This document shows positions 46,722 to 57,135 of a DNA stretch of 64,000 nt, in pieces. Source of the stretch: a virus. Every line of letters starts with the position of its first letter. Within the stretch, counting starts at the first letter, position 1. The notes below the pieces were generated by a model. The model had not been told where the DNA came from and searched no databases. It saw only the letters and a list, made by a program, of their open reading frames with translations. The DNA lies in IMG/VR virus record IMGVR_UViG_3300035070_003385, positions 118,739-182,738 of that record. One strand, 5' to 3'. Both the position numbers and the translations under genes were made by a program.

Positions 46722-48392
46722 TCAGGCCCTCTTTTTAAATGATTTTGTTTTATTTATAACTTTAAGTGATTCTTCAGCATCAATTTCAACATTATCATCC
46801 GTTGGCTCGTTATTCTTAGGCTCTTTTTCGGAATTATCAAAATCGTCTTCTATGTCTACGTCTTGCATGTCTGGATCATTATATAACCCACTAGCTCTTT
46901 CTTGATCGATTTGCAATTGCATTTCGCGCATTTCATCGTCAGTCATAAACAAAACATTTTTGGTAATCCATTGTCTTGAATAGTATTTACCTACTTGTTC
47001 TTCCATATCTCTTAATGTTGTTATTTTTTCACGTAGAATTTCAGTCTGTTTTAATTCTTCAAAATAGTTATCTTTCATAAAGTCATAACGTATTTTATTT
47101 TTAATGTCTGCCCATTCTTCTGGATCCAACACTCCTTTTAAAATCAATTGCTTTTCAAGGAGGGAATCAAATAAACCTGAGAATCTATTTCTTAATCTAC
47201 GAATAAACTTACTAAACTTTATTTCATCACGCGTCATTTCAGAAACGCGGCCCATACTATACATATTTTCTGGCTCTAACCTAGAAACAGGAACCTTTAG
47301 AGATTTATATAATTTTCTTTGAAAATATGAAAGATTTTCATCACCGCTTAATGCTGCAGCATTACCGCCAGCTAAAATATCTACTTCTGTAGATCTTTCT
47401 CCACCACGGCGAGGGAACCAAAAATCTTCAGTCATAGTCATAAATTTACGACCGTCCGTAATATCACCACTATCAGAATCATACTGCAATTTGTTTTTAT
47501 GGCGAGTCATCATATCATGTAAATATTGCTCTGCTTTCATTTTAGGCAGGTTACCTACGTCGATATAAAAAATTCTTCTTTCAGGAGCTCTTGTAATTGT
47601 GTAAATTACGGTAGCATCTTCTAGCATGCGAAGCTGATTTAACGGTTTGATAGACGGGTGTAAGTATGAAAGAATCAATGAATTGTTTTCATTCATATAC
47701 CCAGAAGTTATTCTTGCTATTGAATCTTTTGCAATTCTATAACCCTGAACAGTTTGTCCAGATGAAACATTGGAACTAACCGCCTTGGATCCAAACCCTG
47801 AATCAGAATAAAGATAATATTCTTTTTTAACTTTTTTCAAAGGAATTCCAGAATGAGAATCCTTTTGTTTTTCATCCATTTCTTTAATAAGACGAAGTTT
47901 TCGTGGATCAATATAACGAACTTCTTTTATACCATCTTTTAAGTTTTCATTGTCTATAATAATATGATAATTTAATCTGCCGTCAACATAAAACTTTTGG
48001 AAAATGTCATAACCATAATTTGAAAAGTCAAGAAAACGAAGAATTTCTTCAAATTCCTCTATTATCCTATTTTTTACCTTATCTGGTAAATCAGTATCGT
48101 CTAAAACCACTTCAACAGCATTTTCGTGCGAATCGATGTTTATAGCTTCGTTAATAACTTCATCAACGGCCTGTGAAATTTCAGGCTGCAACATCATACT
48201 ACGGTATTTTGTTACTAGTTCGCCTTCAGTTTTGGCGTCGCCATCCATATTAATAGAAATACCATAGGATCCCCCGAGAGAGTTTCCTATGGTAATCGCG
48301 CCTTCGTCGTTAGACGGTTCTACAAAAGAAACCGCAATGTCTTCATCAGCACCGCCAACGTCTTTTTTTATTTCAAATCCAAAAATTCGCAT
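46722..48392 (-). CDS. gp20: Portal protein
   Basis: RAPERRIFYIDVGNLP, EDFWFPRRGG, YFEELK. Confidence 0.96.
   Translation of the reverse strand: MRIFGFEIKKDVGGADEDIAVSFVEPSNDEGAITIGNSLGGSYGISINMDGDAKTEGELVTKYRSMMLQPEISQAVDEVINEAINIDSHENAVEVVLDDTDLPDKVKNRIIEEFEEILRFLDFSNYGYDIFQKFYVDGRLNYHIIIDNENLKDGIKEVRYIDPRKLRLIKEMDEKQKDSHSGIPLKKVKKEYYLYSDSGFGSKAVSSNVSSGQTVQGYRIAKDSIARITSGYMNENNSLILSYLHPSIKPLNQLRMLEDATVIYTITRAPERRIFYIDVGNLPKMKAEQYLHDMMTRHKNKLQYDSDSGDITDGRKFMTMTEDFWFPRRGGERSTEVDILAGGNAAALSGDENLSYFQRKLYKSLKVPVSRLEPENMYSMGRVSEMTRDEIKFSKFIRRLRNRFSGLFDSLLEKQLILKGVLDPEEWADIKNKIRYDFMKDNYFEELKQTEILREKITTLRDMEEQVGKYYSRQWITKNVLFMTDDEMREMQLQIDQERASGLYNDPDMQDVDIEDDFDNSEKEPKNNEPTDDNVEIDAEESLKVINKTKSFKKRA
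46751..46758 (-). promoter_or_regulatory. T4-type late promoter
   Basis: TATAAATA on the minus strand, upstream of 46720. Confidence 0.8.
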
Positions 48393-48411
48393 TAATTAAT
48401 CATCCTATAAA

Positions 48412-48945
48412 TTAAGTAGTTGAAGTGCCAGTGGTTCCTTCAACTCTCCACAGATCGTATTGGAATGTAACTCCAAATTCTTCGATCACATCAGTGGATT
48501 CCCATGAAAGGGGTATCGCGTCAACAGTGACAGGATATATACCCTCAAATACATATGTTCTAAGCAAACTTCCATCTTTACCAAATTGAGTTACAATCGC
48601 GTTTGATTTGTAATCCTGTGGTAACGACCGTGCATTAGAATCATGAGTATTTATTGCATTTGACCATGTTTCCATTGCATTGCGAACTAAAAAGTCTTCA
48701 TCGTTAATAATTGTAACAGGCCAATCTTCAAACGTTCTGTCTCCGGCATATTTGACTTGACGACCAAAGTATGGAACCACATAAGAACCTAGAGTTGATC
48801 CAGGCAACGCCGCGGTTTTAACCATAAATGGTACTTTCAAATCAGCGAGGCCAGTAATTGGATTTGTGATTTGTACTTGGAAGAGGGTAGGTCTTGCCCC
48901 ACCCCCTACTAATTGTGATTTAAATTCGTTGATATTAAATGCCAT
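48412..48945 (-). CDS. gp19: Tail tube protein
   Basis: ARPTLFQV, LPGSTLG, AGDRTFEDW.VTIINDEDF. Confidence 0.95.
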   Translation of the reverse strand: MAFNINEFKSQLVGGGARPTLFQVQITNPITGLADLKVPFMVKTAALPGSTLGSYVVPYFGRQVKYAGDRTFEDWPVTIINDEDFLVRNAMETWSNAINTHDSNARSLPQDYKSNAIVTQFGKDGSLLRTYVFEGIYPVTVDAIPLSWESTDVIEEFGVTFQYDLWRVEGTTGTSTT

Positions 48946-48969
48946 GATTATCTCCTTTTCTTTTATTTA

Positions 48970-50811
48970 TTAGAGTGGCTGACCAACGATTTCATCAAAC
49001 TCAACACCAGTTCTTGTGGCAACGAATGTCAATTCAATGACGTTAATTGAACGAGCAGGCTTAATAAAGATATTGCCTCTAAACAAGTTTCTATCAACAA
49101 TGTCTGGGGTGTTTACAGTTGCATCAGATACAACTCTGAAATCAATAATACCACGTTTTCCTTGAATATCACGAAGGAATGGTTCCACTAAGTTTTTAAA
49201 CTGCGTTTGAGTAAACTCGTCGTTAAAGTCAAAGAGGAACGACGCCGACACGGTAGATATAGCTTTTTCAACTGTAATGAAAAGACGGCGAACATTAATA
49301 CGAGTAAATGCGCTTCCTGTTGCCGTGCCAAGGCCTGTTTTATCACCAAAGAGTAATACACCTTGACCAACTTGTGTAATAACTGGGTTAATATCAGAAC
49401 CGTATAATTGGTCTCTTTGGGCTTTATTTGGATTAAATGCCAATTTAACAACGTTTTTAATAAGGCCTCTTTTAAACCCGGCTGGCGATACCCAAGGCTC
49501 TACTCTCATAGTAAGACCTGCGATGTCACCGTTTAAAGGTATCCAACGGTATTCGTCGTTATATTTGTCATAACGATATTTATATCCGCTATCCATAAAC
49601 CAATAAGATGAAGATTGCACTAGATTTCTAAATGCAATAACGTTTGTCATTTTAGTTTCAGGATTTGCTGGAGTAACAGCATCAGCTAAAGGCGGCGAAA
49701 AGTAAACAACACAATCTTTTCTATGTTCAGCAATATTTGATACAACATAATTTGGAAGATTTGAACTGTTAGATTTACCGCAAATAATAGCGGAAATATC
49801 AACTTGATTAGCATCTTTATATAAATCGTAACCTAAAGCTAGTTGGCCAAAAGGTATAGAAGCTTCGCCAAGACCATCTGTGCCGTCTACCATACGATCA
49901 TAAATAGGAATTGTAATGCTAGTATTAACTAATGTGCCTGCGGCTATTTGTTTAACCCACGCAGAAGAATTAAACAACACGGTAGGATAATAGTTATTTG
50001 TACCGTCTGGCAGTTTTGCATCGCTATTGACTGATAAGTTTTCGTATAATTCAAGAACAGTACCAGCAATTCCGGTTATTTCGCCACCAGCATCAACAAC
50101 TGCAATGTGAATGTTATTTGCATTTGATGGGGCAGATTGCGCTATATTTGCATATCCCCATTTTCTTGTTATTTTTAACAGCGCAAGATCTGTTTCAGCT
50201 AACGTAAATCTATTTTTTGTTGTTATTGTATAGTTAAATGGTGCTACACCAGGACTTACAGTATCATCAGAAAATGCAGATACAACGAGGTCTTGGTATC
50301 CTACAGAATCGTTTCCTATCCGTATAATATCGTCTTGTTGTATAACGCCAATTGCGGTTGTAAACCCGTTTATGCTGAAAGTTGTTGTGTTAAACGCAAT
50401 AGTTCCAGTTATATCCCCAACACCAGAAATTGCTTCTTCGTAAGATGTTTGTGATGCTACGGAAACTTCAATGCTATTTCCTAATTCTCCTGGATATTTT
50501 GCCTGAAAATATGTATTATCAGCAATTGCAGTATTTGCTCCATCGGTGACGCGTGTTACATATAACGCGTTCGAATACGACAGAAAGTCTGCTGCACTAA
50601 AAAAGGTTTCGTGATTTTGCCAAGACGTGTTTGCGTGTGGTTTACCAAAACGACGAGCTAGATCTTCTTCCGAAGAAACTAAAATGCGTTCGTTAATTGG
50701 GCCCCAACGAAAAACACCGGCAATAGCGGCAGGTGGTGTTCCAATAGCCGGTATTACTGCCGACGCATCTACTTCCCTGACGATTACGGATGGACTTACA
50801 GAAAAAGTCAT
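48970..50811 (-). CDS. gp18: Tail sheath protein
   Basis: SPSVIVREVD, FRWGP, SPAGFKRG, RINVRRLF, IFIKPARSIN. Confidence 0.95.
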   Translation of the reverse strand: MTFSVSPSVIVREVDASAVIPAIGTPPAAIAGVFRWGPINERILVSSEEDLARRFGKPHANTSWQNHETFFSAADFLSYSNALYVTRVTDGANTAIADNTYFQAKYPGELGNSIEVSVASQTSYEEAISGVGDITGTIAFNTTTFSINGFTTAIGVIQQDDIIRIGNDSVGYQDLVVSAFSDDTVSPGVAPFNYTITTKNRFTLAETDLALLKITRKWGYANIAQSAPSNANNIHIAVVDAGGEITGIAGTVLELYENLSVNSDAKLPDGTNNYYPTVLFNSSAWVKQIAAGTLVNTSITIPIYDRMVDGTDGLGEASIPFGQLALGYDLYKDANQVDISAIICGKSNSSNLPNYVVSNIAEHRKDCVVYFSPPLADAVTPANPETKMTNVIAFRNLVQSSSYWFMDSGYKYRYDKYNDEYRWIPLNGDIAGLTMRVEPWVSPAGFKRGLIKNVVKLAFNPNKAQRDQLYGSDINPVITQVGQGVLLFGDKTGLGTATGSAFTRINVRRLFITVEKAISTVSASFLFDFNDEFTQTQFKNLVEPFLRDIQGKRGIIDFRVVSDATVNTPDIVDRNLFRGNIFIKPARSINVIELTFVATRTGVEFDEIVGQPL

Positions 50812-50865
50812 ATTTTTCTCCCCTGTGTAAGATTATTTGACACTTGTTTTCAATCTATTCTTGTT

Positions 50866-50873
50866 TATTTATA
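50866..50873 (-). promoter_or_regulatory. T4-type late promoter for gp18
   Basis: TATAAATA on the minus strand. Confidence 0.8.
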
Positions 50874-50884
50874 AAAAACCGTTT

Positions 50885-52504
50885 TTACATCATCCAGCGT
50901 TCGTCTTCTTCAATAGGCTGAAATCCTACGCTTAATGCATCTTCTCCGCTATCAATGAATCCGAATGGAAGAAGATCGTCTTGTATTTGCTCTTCGGTCT
51001 TTGCTCTTAGTTTATGTAGTGTATTTATATCTGTGATTTCTTTAAAGTATGCTTGACTTGTTAACCATCCAAATATAACCAAATTCATTACAAGATCGTC
51101 GTGAGATCCTGGTTCTGCTTCATACGAATTACCTTTTTTAGAAAATCTTGATAATTCTTGTATAGTTTCAAAATCGTTTATAATAAATTGGTTTTGTTCA
51201 ATAAGCATTTTTAACATTGAACAACCAACCGCCTTTACGGATTTTGTGGTTCTAACACCGGTATCAGACATTTTTCCAAACCCGGATGAAATTCTTTTAC
51301 CTTCTCGTCCTGCGCTTTCTGTGTGAAGTAAACTTTCGTAACCAAAGTCCATCAAAAGTGTATCTGATACCTGAGATCCAATATCGTTAATTTCAACTAA
51401 AACCAATGCTTCGTTATACGCAGTACCTACACGATATATAATAGACGCAAAATCTATTGGAGATATGTAATTATCTCTAAACGTGCAAACCTGTTTATAT
51501 GGCATTGTTGTAATATCTATTACATTAAATGTAGAATAATCCAAACCTTTACCTCGAGAAACGTCAACAGTCATTGCATATATGTGATTTTTTTCAGCTT
51601 GTTCGTATTGACTAATACCTTCACTTGCATATAGCGGTATAGAAAAGGCCAATTCTTTTAATTTCGCTCCGGATATGAGTGTTCCAGAAGACCCTAAAAA
51701 CTGACCATTGTATTCTTGATTAAATTTTTCTTCGTCGTGGTCTAACGATTCGAGTGTTTCAGTTTTCCATTTTTCGTTTCTTCCTGGAACATCGCTCCAC
51801 ACAACCTTCACAAACTCATATCCGTTTGTTCCTTCTTCAGCTCCTTTGCAAGTTTTCCAAAAATGGTTTAATCCGTTTGGTGTAGAGGTCATTAGAAGCT
51901 TTGTAGATTCACCCGATGAAATAGTAGGATATACTGACGCGAAGAATTCGTCATACCCCTCAATGAAGGCTACCTCATCTAGATACAAGAATGAGATAGA
52001 CTTACCGCGAATTGCAGAGCTTGATGTTGTACCAGCTAAAATGTTACATCCATTTTCTAATGCAATGTTACCTTTGTTCCATTCCTCGACACCTTGCTGA
52101 AGCCATTTTGGTAAAGCTTCAAAGGCCAATTTAATACGCGCGAGAACTTCTCGAGATGCGTCTCCTTTGTTTGCGAGAATAGCAACCGTTTTAAATTCGT
52201 TGAATAAAATATAATGTAGTATTACAGCCACGGCCGTTGTTGTCTTACCAGCTTGCCTTGCAGTTAAAACAGCAACGCGTCTATTATTTGTTATTTTTTC
52301 AACAATGTCTTGCTGGTAATCATACATGTCTAACGGAATGAGACCGTGGTCTACATGAACAATTTTTATATATTCTTTTGCAAAATATACAGGATCTTCG
52401 GAACATTTTAAATATTCTTTAATTAATTCCGGTGTCCATTCTATTTGTTCTCCAGTTTTCTTTAAATGTATGTTACCTAAGTAACCACTATTCATTAGTT
52501 TCAC
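50885..52504 (-). CDS. gp17: Terminase large subunit
   Basis: RQAGKTT Walker A, YLDEVAF Walker B, TSTPNGLNHF, DVSRG, HDDLVM. Confidence 0.96.
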   Translation of the reverse strand: MKLMNSGYLGNIHLKKTGEQIEWTPELIKEYLKCSEDPVYFAKEYIKIVHVDHGLIPLDMYDYQQDIVEKITNNRRVAVLTARQAGKTTTAVAVILHYILFNEFKTVAILANKGDASREVLARIKLAFEALPKWLQQGVEEWNKGNIALENGCNILAGTTSSSAIRGKSISFLYLDEVAFIEGYDEFFASVYPTISSGESTKLLMTSTPNGLNHFWKTCKGAEEGTNGYEFVKVVWSDVPGRNEKWKTETLESLDHDEEKFNQEYNGQFLGSSGTLISGAKLKELAFSIPLYASEGISQYEQAEKNHIYAMTVDVSRGKGLDYSTFNVIDITTMPYKQVCTFRDNYISPIDFASIIYRVGTAYNEALVLVEINDIGSQVSDTLLMDFGYESLLHTESAGREGKRISSGFGKMSDTGVRTTKSVKAVGCSMLKMLIEQNQFIINDFETIQELSRFSKKGNSYEAEPGSHDDLVMNLVIFGWLTSQAYFKEITDINTLHKLRAKTEEQIQDDLLPFGFIDSGEDALSVGFQPIEEDERWMM

Positions 52505-52916
52505 CTTTAATCATTTTAAGTAAATCGGCTGTAGAAAGTATAAGATTATTATTTGTTACGTTTGGCGAAGTATTAGATGCGCCGTTTTTTTCTTCTTTTG
52601 CATATTTTTTCTTAGTTGACATTTCAACAAAATCTTTATTTGCGTCAAGGAGCGTTTTCATTAAAGTTGATGCAACCTCAAAGGCGCGTGGAGACTCTGA
52701 TTGTTTTGCAAGTTCTATCATTTCCTTTAAAGCATCATCACCTTGTTCTATAATATTTTTTATATTTCCACGGGCTTGCTCGATATCAATAATTGTATCA
52801 TCTTCATCATCTACTGTCACTAACGGTTTTTCTTCAATTATTTCCGGTAGATTTTTTTCTTTTGCTTCTTCTAAAGGTCTTAAACCAAGAACTTTTGCAA
52901 TTTTGTCTTCACTCAT
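52488..52916 (-). CDS. gp16: Terminase small subunit
   Basis: ARGNI, SESPRAFEV, NNNLILSTADL. Confidence 0.9.
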   Translation of the reverse strand: MSEDKIAKVLGLRPLEEAKEKNLPEIIEEKPLVTVDDEDDTIIDIEQARGNIKNIIEQGDDALKEMIELAKQSESPRAFEVASTLMKTLLDANKDFVEMSTKKKYAKEEKNGASNTSPNVTNNNLILSTADLLKMIKGETNE

Positions 52917-53734
52917 ACTTCTGCCTCAGGATCTTCAGTCACAACTTTAATAGGAGCCCAATCATCATCATATTCGACGTCTAAGAAAGGTACAGCCTCA
53001 TCTGCATCGGTTGTTGGTGCTCCGTTTGCAGTTAACCCAGGGAATGTATTTACGCCCCTCACAGGATCTACGGTTTCCCCATTCGTGGTATTATAAACAT
53101 CAGTATCGACGAACTTAATTATTTTATTATCTTTTTCTGGTCCAAAGTACCAGCATTTCATTGTAAAATTAAGAGTCCATAATACAGATCTTCTTTCGGT
53201 AAACGCGCCTTCGTATAATTCTTCGTTCGTAACACCATTTAAAATAAGTGGTATATCAATAGGATCCATGTCATCGATTAATTTAACAGTTGATGTCCAT
53301 TCCGGTTTAAAGAATGGAATTATTTGTTCAACTATTTTTGTTGCATCTTCGGAATATTTTGTCATAATGTATAATGAAAAATCTACATTATATGGTGCTC
53401 CAGACCAATTATAATATCTTTTGTCTTCACTTTCTGAGCTAGTTTTAAATATTCTTTGCTTTGACGCAATTTTACGAGTTCCATCGTATGACATATTTGT
53501 CATTTCAAAAGACATTCTTGGCAGAGTAATAGCCGAGGGATTGCTTAAGTTCGGATCCTGTGTAATCTTTGCAAGAAACTTTTGAAACGGACCGTATGCA
53601 ATAGGTACTATGATACTTTGTACTTCAGCGTCATTGCTTCCATTCCGCGTGATTCGGATCTTATTGAAAAGAGTACCAAATAAAGCAACATACTTTCTTG
53701 TACTTGAATTATAAAAGTGATTTACAAATGCCAT
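52913..53734 (-). CDS. gp15: Tail sheath terminator/stabiliser
   Basis: FYNSSTRKYV..FG.LF, VPIAYGP, LPRMSFE, WTLNFT. Confidence 0.92.
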   Translation of the reverse strand: MAFVNHFYNSSTRKYVALFGTLFNKIRITRNGSNDAEVQSIIVPIAYGPFQKFLAKITQDPNLSNPSAITLPRMSFEMTNMSYDGTRKIASKQRIFKTSSESEDKRYYNWSGAPYNVDFSLYIMTKYSEDATKIVEQIIPFFKPEWTSTVKLIDDMDPIDIPLILNGVTNEELYEGAFTERRSVLWTLNFTMKCWYFGPEKDNKIIKFVDTDVYNTTNGETVDPVRGVNTFPGLTANGAPTTDADEAVPFLDVEYDDDWAPIKVVTEDPEAEV

Positions 53735-53740
53735 GTTATG

Positions 53741-54730
53741 TTATACCTGTTGACCTGCTAGGCTATCTATCAGCGTAAGAAGATCACCAACGTCCGTTGC
53801 GTTTCCGTCGGATGCAAAAGAGAACTTATCGATCGTATCAACTCTGAATGGACTAGCACCTCCGGCTGTATATCCAGATTCTGTACTCGATTGCCCTCCA
53901 GGATTATTTCCTCTTGCTTGGGATAAATCGCCAATATCGGTTGCGTTTCCATCAGATGCAAAAGGAAACTTATCAATTTCGTTAGTGGAATTCACATTTA
54001 CTGGAGACGCCCCACCAGATGCATAACCAGAAGTATCACTAGATTGCCCAGCATGAAATCTTCTATTCGTTACCAAGTCCCCTACGTCTGTGGAGTTGGC
54101 GTCGGCAGCAAAAGGAAACTTGTCAATTATGTTCGAGAAACCTGGTGGTGATCCACCAGCGTTATATCCTGATACACTGCTTGACGAACCAGACGCACCA
54201 TACCGACCCTGCGTTAGATCACCAACATCTGTTGCATCACTGTCAGTGGCAAAAGGAAACTTATCAACTGTATTTCTTGTAGAAGGGGAAGGTGTAAGAC
54301 CGCCAGAAGTGTACCCAGACTCAGTACTCATTTGGCCTGAAACAATTCTTCTTTCTACAGTTAAGTCACCCACATCAGTTGCGTCAGCGTCTGCTGCAAA
54401 AGGAAACTTGTCTATCGTATTTACCTGTGGAGGAACAAACCCACCAGAAGTATACCCACTTACAGAACTGGATTGCCCTGCTCCGCGAGATCTGGCTTGC
54501 GTAAGATCACCAACATCGGTTGAATTTCCGTCAGATGAAAAAGGAAACTTTTGAATAACATTAGATATTGGATTACCGCCAGAAGTATAACCACTTACTG
54601 ACCCATACGCATTCGGTGGAGGAGGTGGTGTAATGTTTAAACTTTCGTTTACAACGAATTTAGTCTTATCTCCTGGTACAATATTACCAGATGAGTCTAC
54701 AACTTCTGTACCTTGAATTTTATATACCAT
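53741..54730 (-). CDS. 48-aa repeat protein (predicted beta-propeller), paralog of 62906
   Basis: About six repeats of SGYxSGG...IDKFPFA.D..ATDVGDL...R...GQSS. Confidence 0.75.
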   Translation of the reverse strand: MVYKIQGTEVVDSSGNIVPGDKTKFVVNESLNITPPPPPNAYGSVSGYTSGGNPISNVIQKFPFSSDGNSTDVGDLTQARSRGAGQSSSVSGYTSGGFVPPQVNTIDKFPFAADADATDVGDLTVERRIVSGQMSTESGYTSGGLTPSPSTRNTVDKFPFATDSDATDVGDLTQGRYGASGSSSSVSGYNAGGSPPGFSNIIDKFPFAADANSTDVGDLVTNRRFHAGQSSDTSGYASGGASPVNVNSTNEIDKFPFASDGNATDIGDLSQARGNNPGGQSSTESGYTAGGASPFRVDTIDKFSFASDGNATDVGDLLTLIDSLAGQQV

Positions 54731-54735
54731 ATCTC

Positions 54736-55416
54736 TTATCCAGTGTTTGTTGGGTTTGTGATAGTTTCGCTAAACGGATCTATCTCTGTGAAATCTATTA
54801 TATCATCTCCAGCATTTTCAAAGTCTATATTATTTGCAATAGGATCTTTTGTTTTTAATGCAGTAAGCGAAGTAACAGCGGTTGTTTTATAATTATCAAA
54901 AAATGTATCTATATCCGATACACCAGTTTGGAATCTTTCATTTGAATATTCAAACAATTCGCACTGAAGGTCGAACACTTGTAAAGCACCGCTCTGATAG
55001 AAGACGCTCTCATGTTCAACGTGAGTAATTTTAAAGAACTTGTTAACCATAGGGAAGTATACGAGCTCCCCTTCTTTTGGTCTTAAAATAGTAGGTATTA
55101 TGTTAGTTACATTTTTTTCAAATGTTCGCATTGCAACAGTAAATGTAACTTGGTCACGAATTTGTAAACCAAATCTGCTAAGGAAGTCGCCTTCACCTTG
55201 GAAACCATCAACACTCTTAACATACATTTCCATTTCGTAAGCGGTATTAAAGATCGAAAGATCATCTTCATTTAATATATTGTCTACAGCCTGCAAACTA
55301 CGAGTAAGATAATACGTGTCTATCCCATAAATTTGAATAGACTCAATCACCAAGTCATCGATGAGAGTCTGTTCATTTGAATAATCGTAATTTTGAAAGT
55401 ATACGTTCGTTGCCAT
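54736..55416 (-). CDS. gp14: Neck protein
   Basis: LVIESIQIYG...YL.R, FLSRFG, PKEGELVYFP. Confidence 0.93.
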   Translation of the reverse strand: MATNVYFQNYDYSNEQTLIDDLVIESIQIYGIDTYYLTRSLQAVDNILNEDDLSIFNTAYEMEMYVKSVDGFQGEGDFLSRFGLQIRDQVTFTVAMRTFEKNVTNIIPTILRPKEGELVYFPMVNKFFKITHVEHESVFYQSGALQVFDLQCELFEYSNERFQTGVSDIDTFFDNYKTTAVTSLTALKTKDPIANNIDFENAGDDIIDFTEIDPFSETITNPTNTG

Positions 55417-55418
55417 TA

Positions 55419-56162
55419 TTAACCCACGAAATTATAGGTAAGAGGTTGCAGTGAGCTAATGGCATTTTCTTCCATTTCTTTTCGATCAGCCTTGGCTTCA
55501 CTTAATATTTGTTCTCCATTAAACTGAACACCACCTACGAGTTGCATATTTGTAAATTTAGTTAAGTTTAATCCCCACTGTTCTCTTATAAGAGCTGAGG
55601 TGTAATTTTGGAGCCAGCGATCCTGCCAAACATCAGAATATGTTTCTCCATCTATGATATCATATCCTTCAATGATAATATGTGATCCTGCGACCATTAT
55701 ATCTTTTTTACCATCAATATAAAGGCGATTTACATGGCGGTTATATCGTACTAAAGGTTTTCCTACTAAAATTTCCTGTAGGAATTGCAGATGAGACATT
55801 GACATATAATAGTTTTGTATACTATATCCTGTAATATCACTGAGGTTATTCAAAACGAATTGGTATTGTACATTAAAAATACCAGTACCCGTCGACACAG
55901 ATGAGCTTAAGTCAAATATTCGAGTAACACCTAGCATATTTGCTGGTATTGTAACATAACCTTGATCTATTTCATTTTGAGTAAGTTCGTGCTTAAGATA
56001 AACCATTTGACTTCCGTCATAATGATAATCTCTCCAAAAAGATATAGCTTCGTCAATACGGTCTTCAGTTTGTTCTTCGGAAACATTTATCTGAATAACT
56101 GGAGAACCTATTTTACGAAGAACGTAATCTTTAAACTCTTCGCGTGTTGTTGGTAATGCCAT
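55419..56162 (-). CDS. gp13: Neck protein
   Basis: LRKIGSPVIQINV, QWGLNL.KF, GGVQFNG. Confidence 0.93.
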   Translation of the reverse strand: MALPTTREEFKDYVLRKIGSPVIQINVSEEQTEDRIDEAISFWRDYHYDGSQMVYLKHELTQNEIDQGYVTIPANMLGVTRIFDLSSSVSTGTGIFNVQYQFVLNNLSDITGYSIQNYYMSMSHLQFLQEILVGKPLVRYNRHVNRLYIDGKKDIMVAGSHIIIEGYDIIDGETYSDVWQDRWLQNYTSALIREQWGLNLTKFTNMQLVGGVQFNGEQILSEAKADRKEMEENAISSLQPLTYNFVG

Positions 56163-56185
56163 GTGAATTAACCTATTTTTGTTTA

Positions 56186-56193
56186 TATTTATA
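56186..56193 (-). promoter_or_regulatory. T4-type late promoter for gp13
   Basis: TATAAATA on the minus strand. Confidence 0.8.
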
Positions 56194-56209
56194 AAAAAGA
56201 AGCTATCGT

Positions 56210-56370
56210 CATTTTTCTATTGACATTCCATAAATATTGGATATAATAGAATTAATAATTCTGGGAGCTATGGTATTAGATTACAATAATTTAAAATATG
56301 TACCATTTTTCTATTGACATTCCATAAATATTGGATATAATAGAATTAATAATTCTGGGAGCTATGGTAT
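56210..56370 (+). repeat. Exact 67-bp direct repeat (56210-56276 and 56304-56370), each copy with TTGACA-N16-TATAAT
   Basis: Direct comparison of the two copies. Confidence 0.9.
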
Positions 56371-57135
56371 CTAAACGCGCTCGATATCCTCTTCAATACA
56401 ATTTGTTCCATATTGGATTTCTACGATCCGTACTTCGTCCTTTGTATTATTTATCAATTGATGCCAAGTACCTACAGGAATATCAATTTCGTCGTGTTTT
56501 TCAAGCACAGAAGTTTGAATATTATCTAAATCATTTCCATGGTTTACTGTTGCAACACCATAGCTTACAATCCAATATTCATTGCGTGACTCGTGTCTTT
56601 GAAGACTTAAAGATTTACCTGGAGAAACAACAAGTTCTTTTGCTTTCGTGGAAGGACCGTCAGAATGAAGTACACGATAGTATCCCCATTTTCTTTCTGT
56701 TTTTGGAGTTTTCCATTCAGTGAGTATTTTACTGCTGGAGTTCATCTTGTGAACTCCGCCTACTCCAAATACAAAAGATAGTCGTGGATCATCAATTTTC
56801 ATTTCTGGAATATTTTCATCCGTCCTATCACCACCATTTGCAAAAATAATTTCTGAGTCCGGATACATAACCAAACAATTATGAATTGCTTGATTTGCAC
56901 CACCATCACTATCGTCAAATACCATAGCTACATCAACAACTGAAAGATTTTTTACAATTTCAACTCTTTCGTTTATATCCATGAATGGCTGACCTTTTTT
57001 ACGAGTCAACCATTCGTTACTGTTTACACCTACTACTAGGATATCACCTAGCTTTTTTGCTTCGTTAAAATATGCGATATGACCGCTGTGTAGCGGATCA
57101 AACCCTCCAGAAACTAAAACAACCTTCATTATCAA
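56371..57135 (-). CDS. Bifunctional cytidylyltransferase-like + cupin (mannose-6-phosphate isomerase type II C-terminal-like)
   Basis: SGGFDPLHSGH, FANGGDR, SSSKIL; WGYY...LSLQRHESRNEYW...EIQYG..E.DI.R. Confidence 0.85.
   Translation of the reverse strand: MIMKVVLVSGGFDPLHSGHIAYFNEAKKLGDILVVGVNSNEWLTRKKGQPFMDINERVEIVKNLSVVDVAMVFDDSDGGANQAIHNCLVMYPDSEIIFANGGDRTDENIPEMKIDDPRLSFVFGVGGVHKMNSSSKILTEWKTPKTERKWGYYRVLHSDGPSTKAKELVVSPGKSLSLQRHESRNEYWIVSYGVATVNHGNDLDNIQTSVLEKHDEIDIPVGTWHQLINNTKDEVRIVEIQYGTNCIEEDIERV

Noticed and set aside
41787-55240. Plus-strand ORFs overlapping gp23 to gp14 (e.g. 41787, 43665, 52432, 54090)
   Set aside because: Antisense shadows of well-supported structural genes
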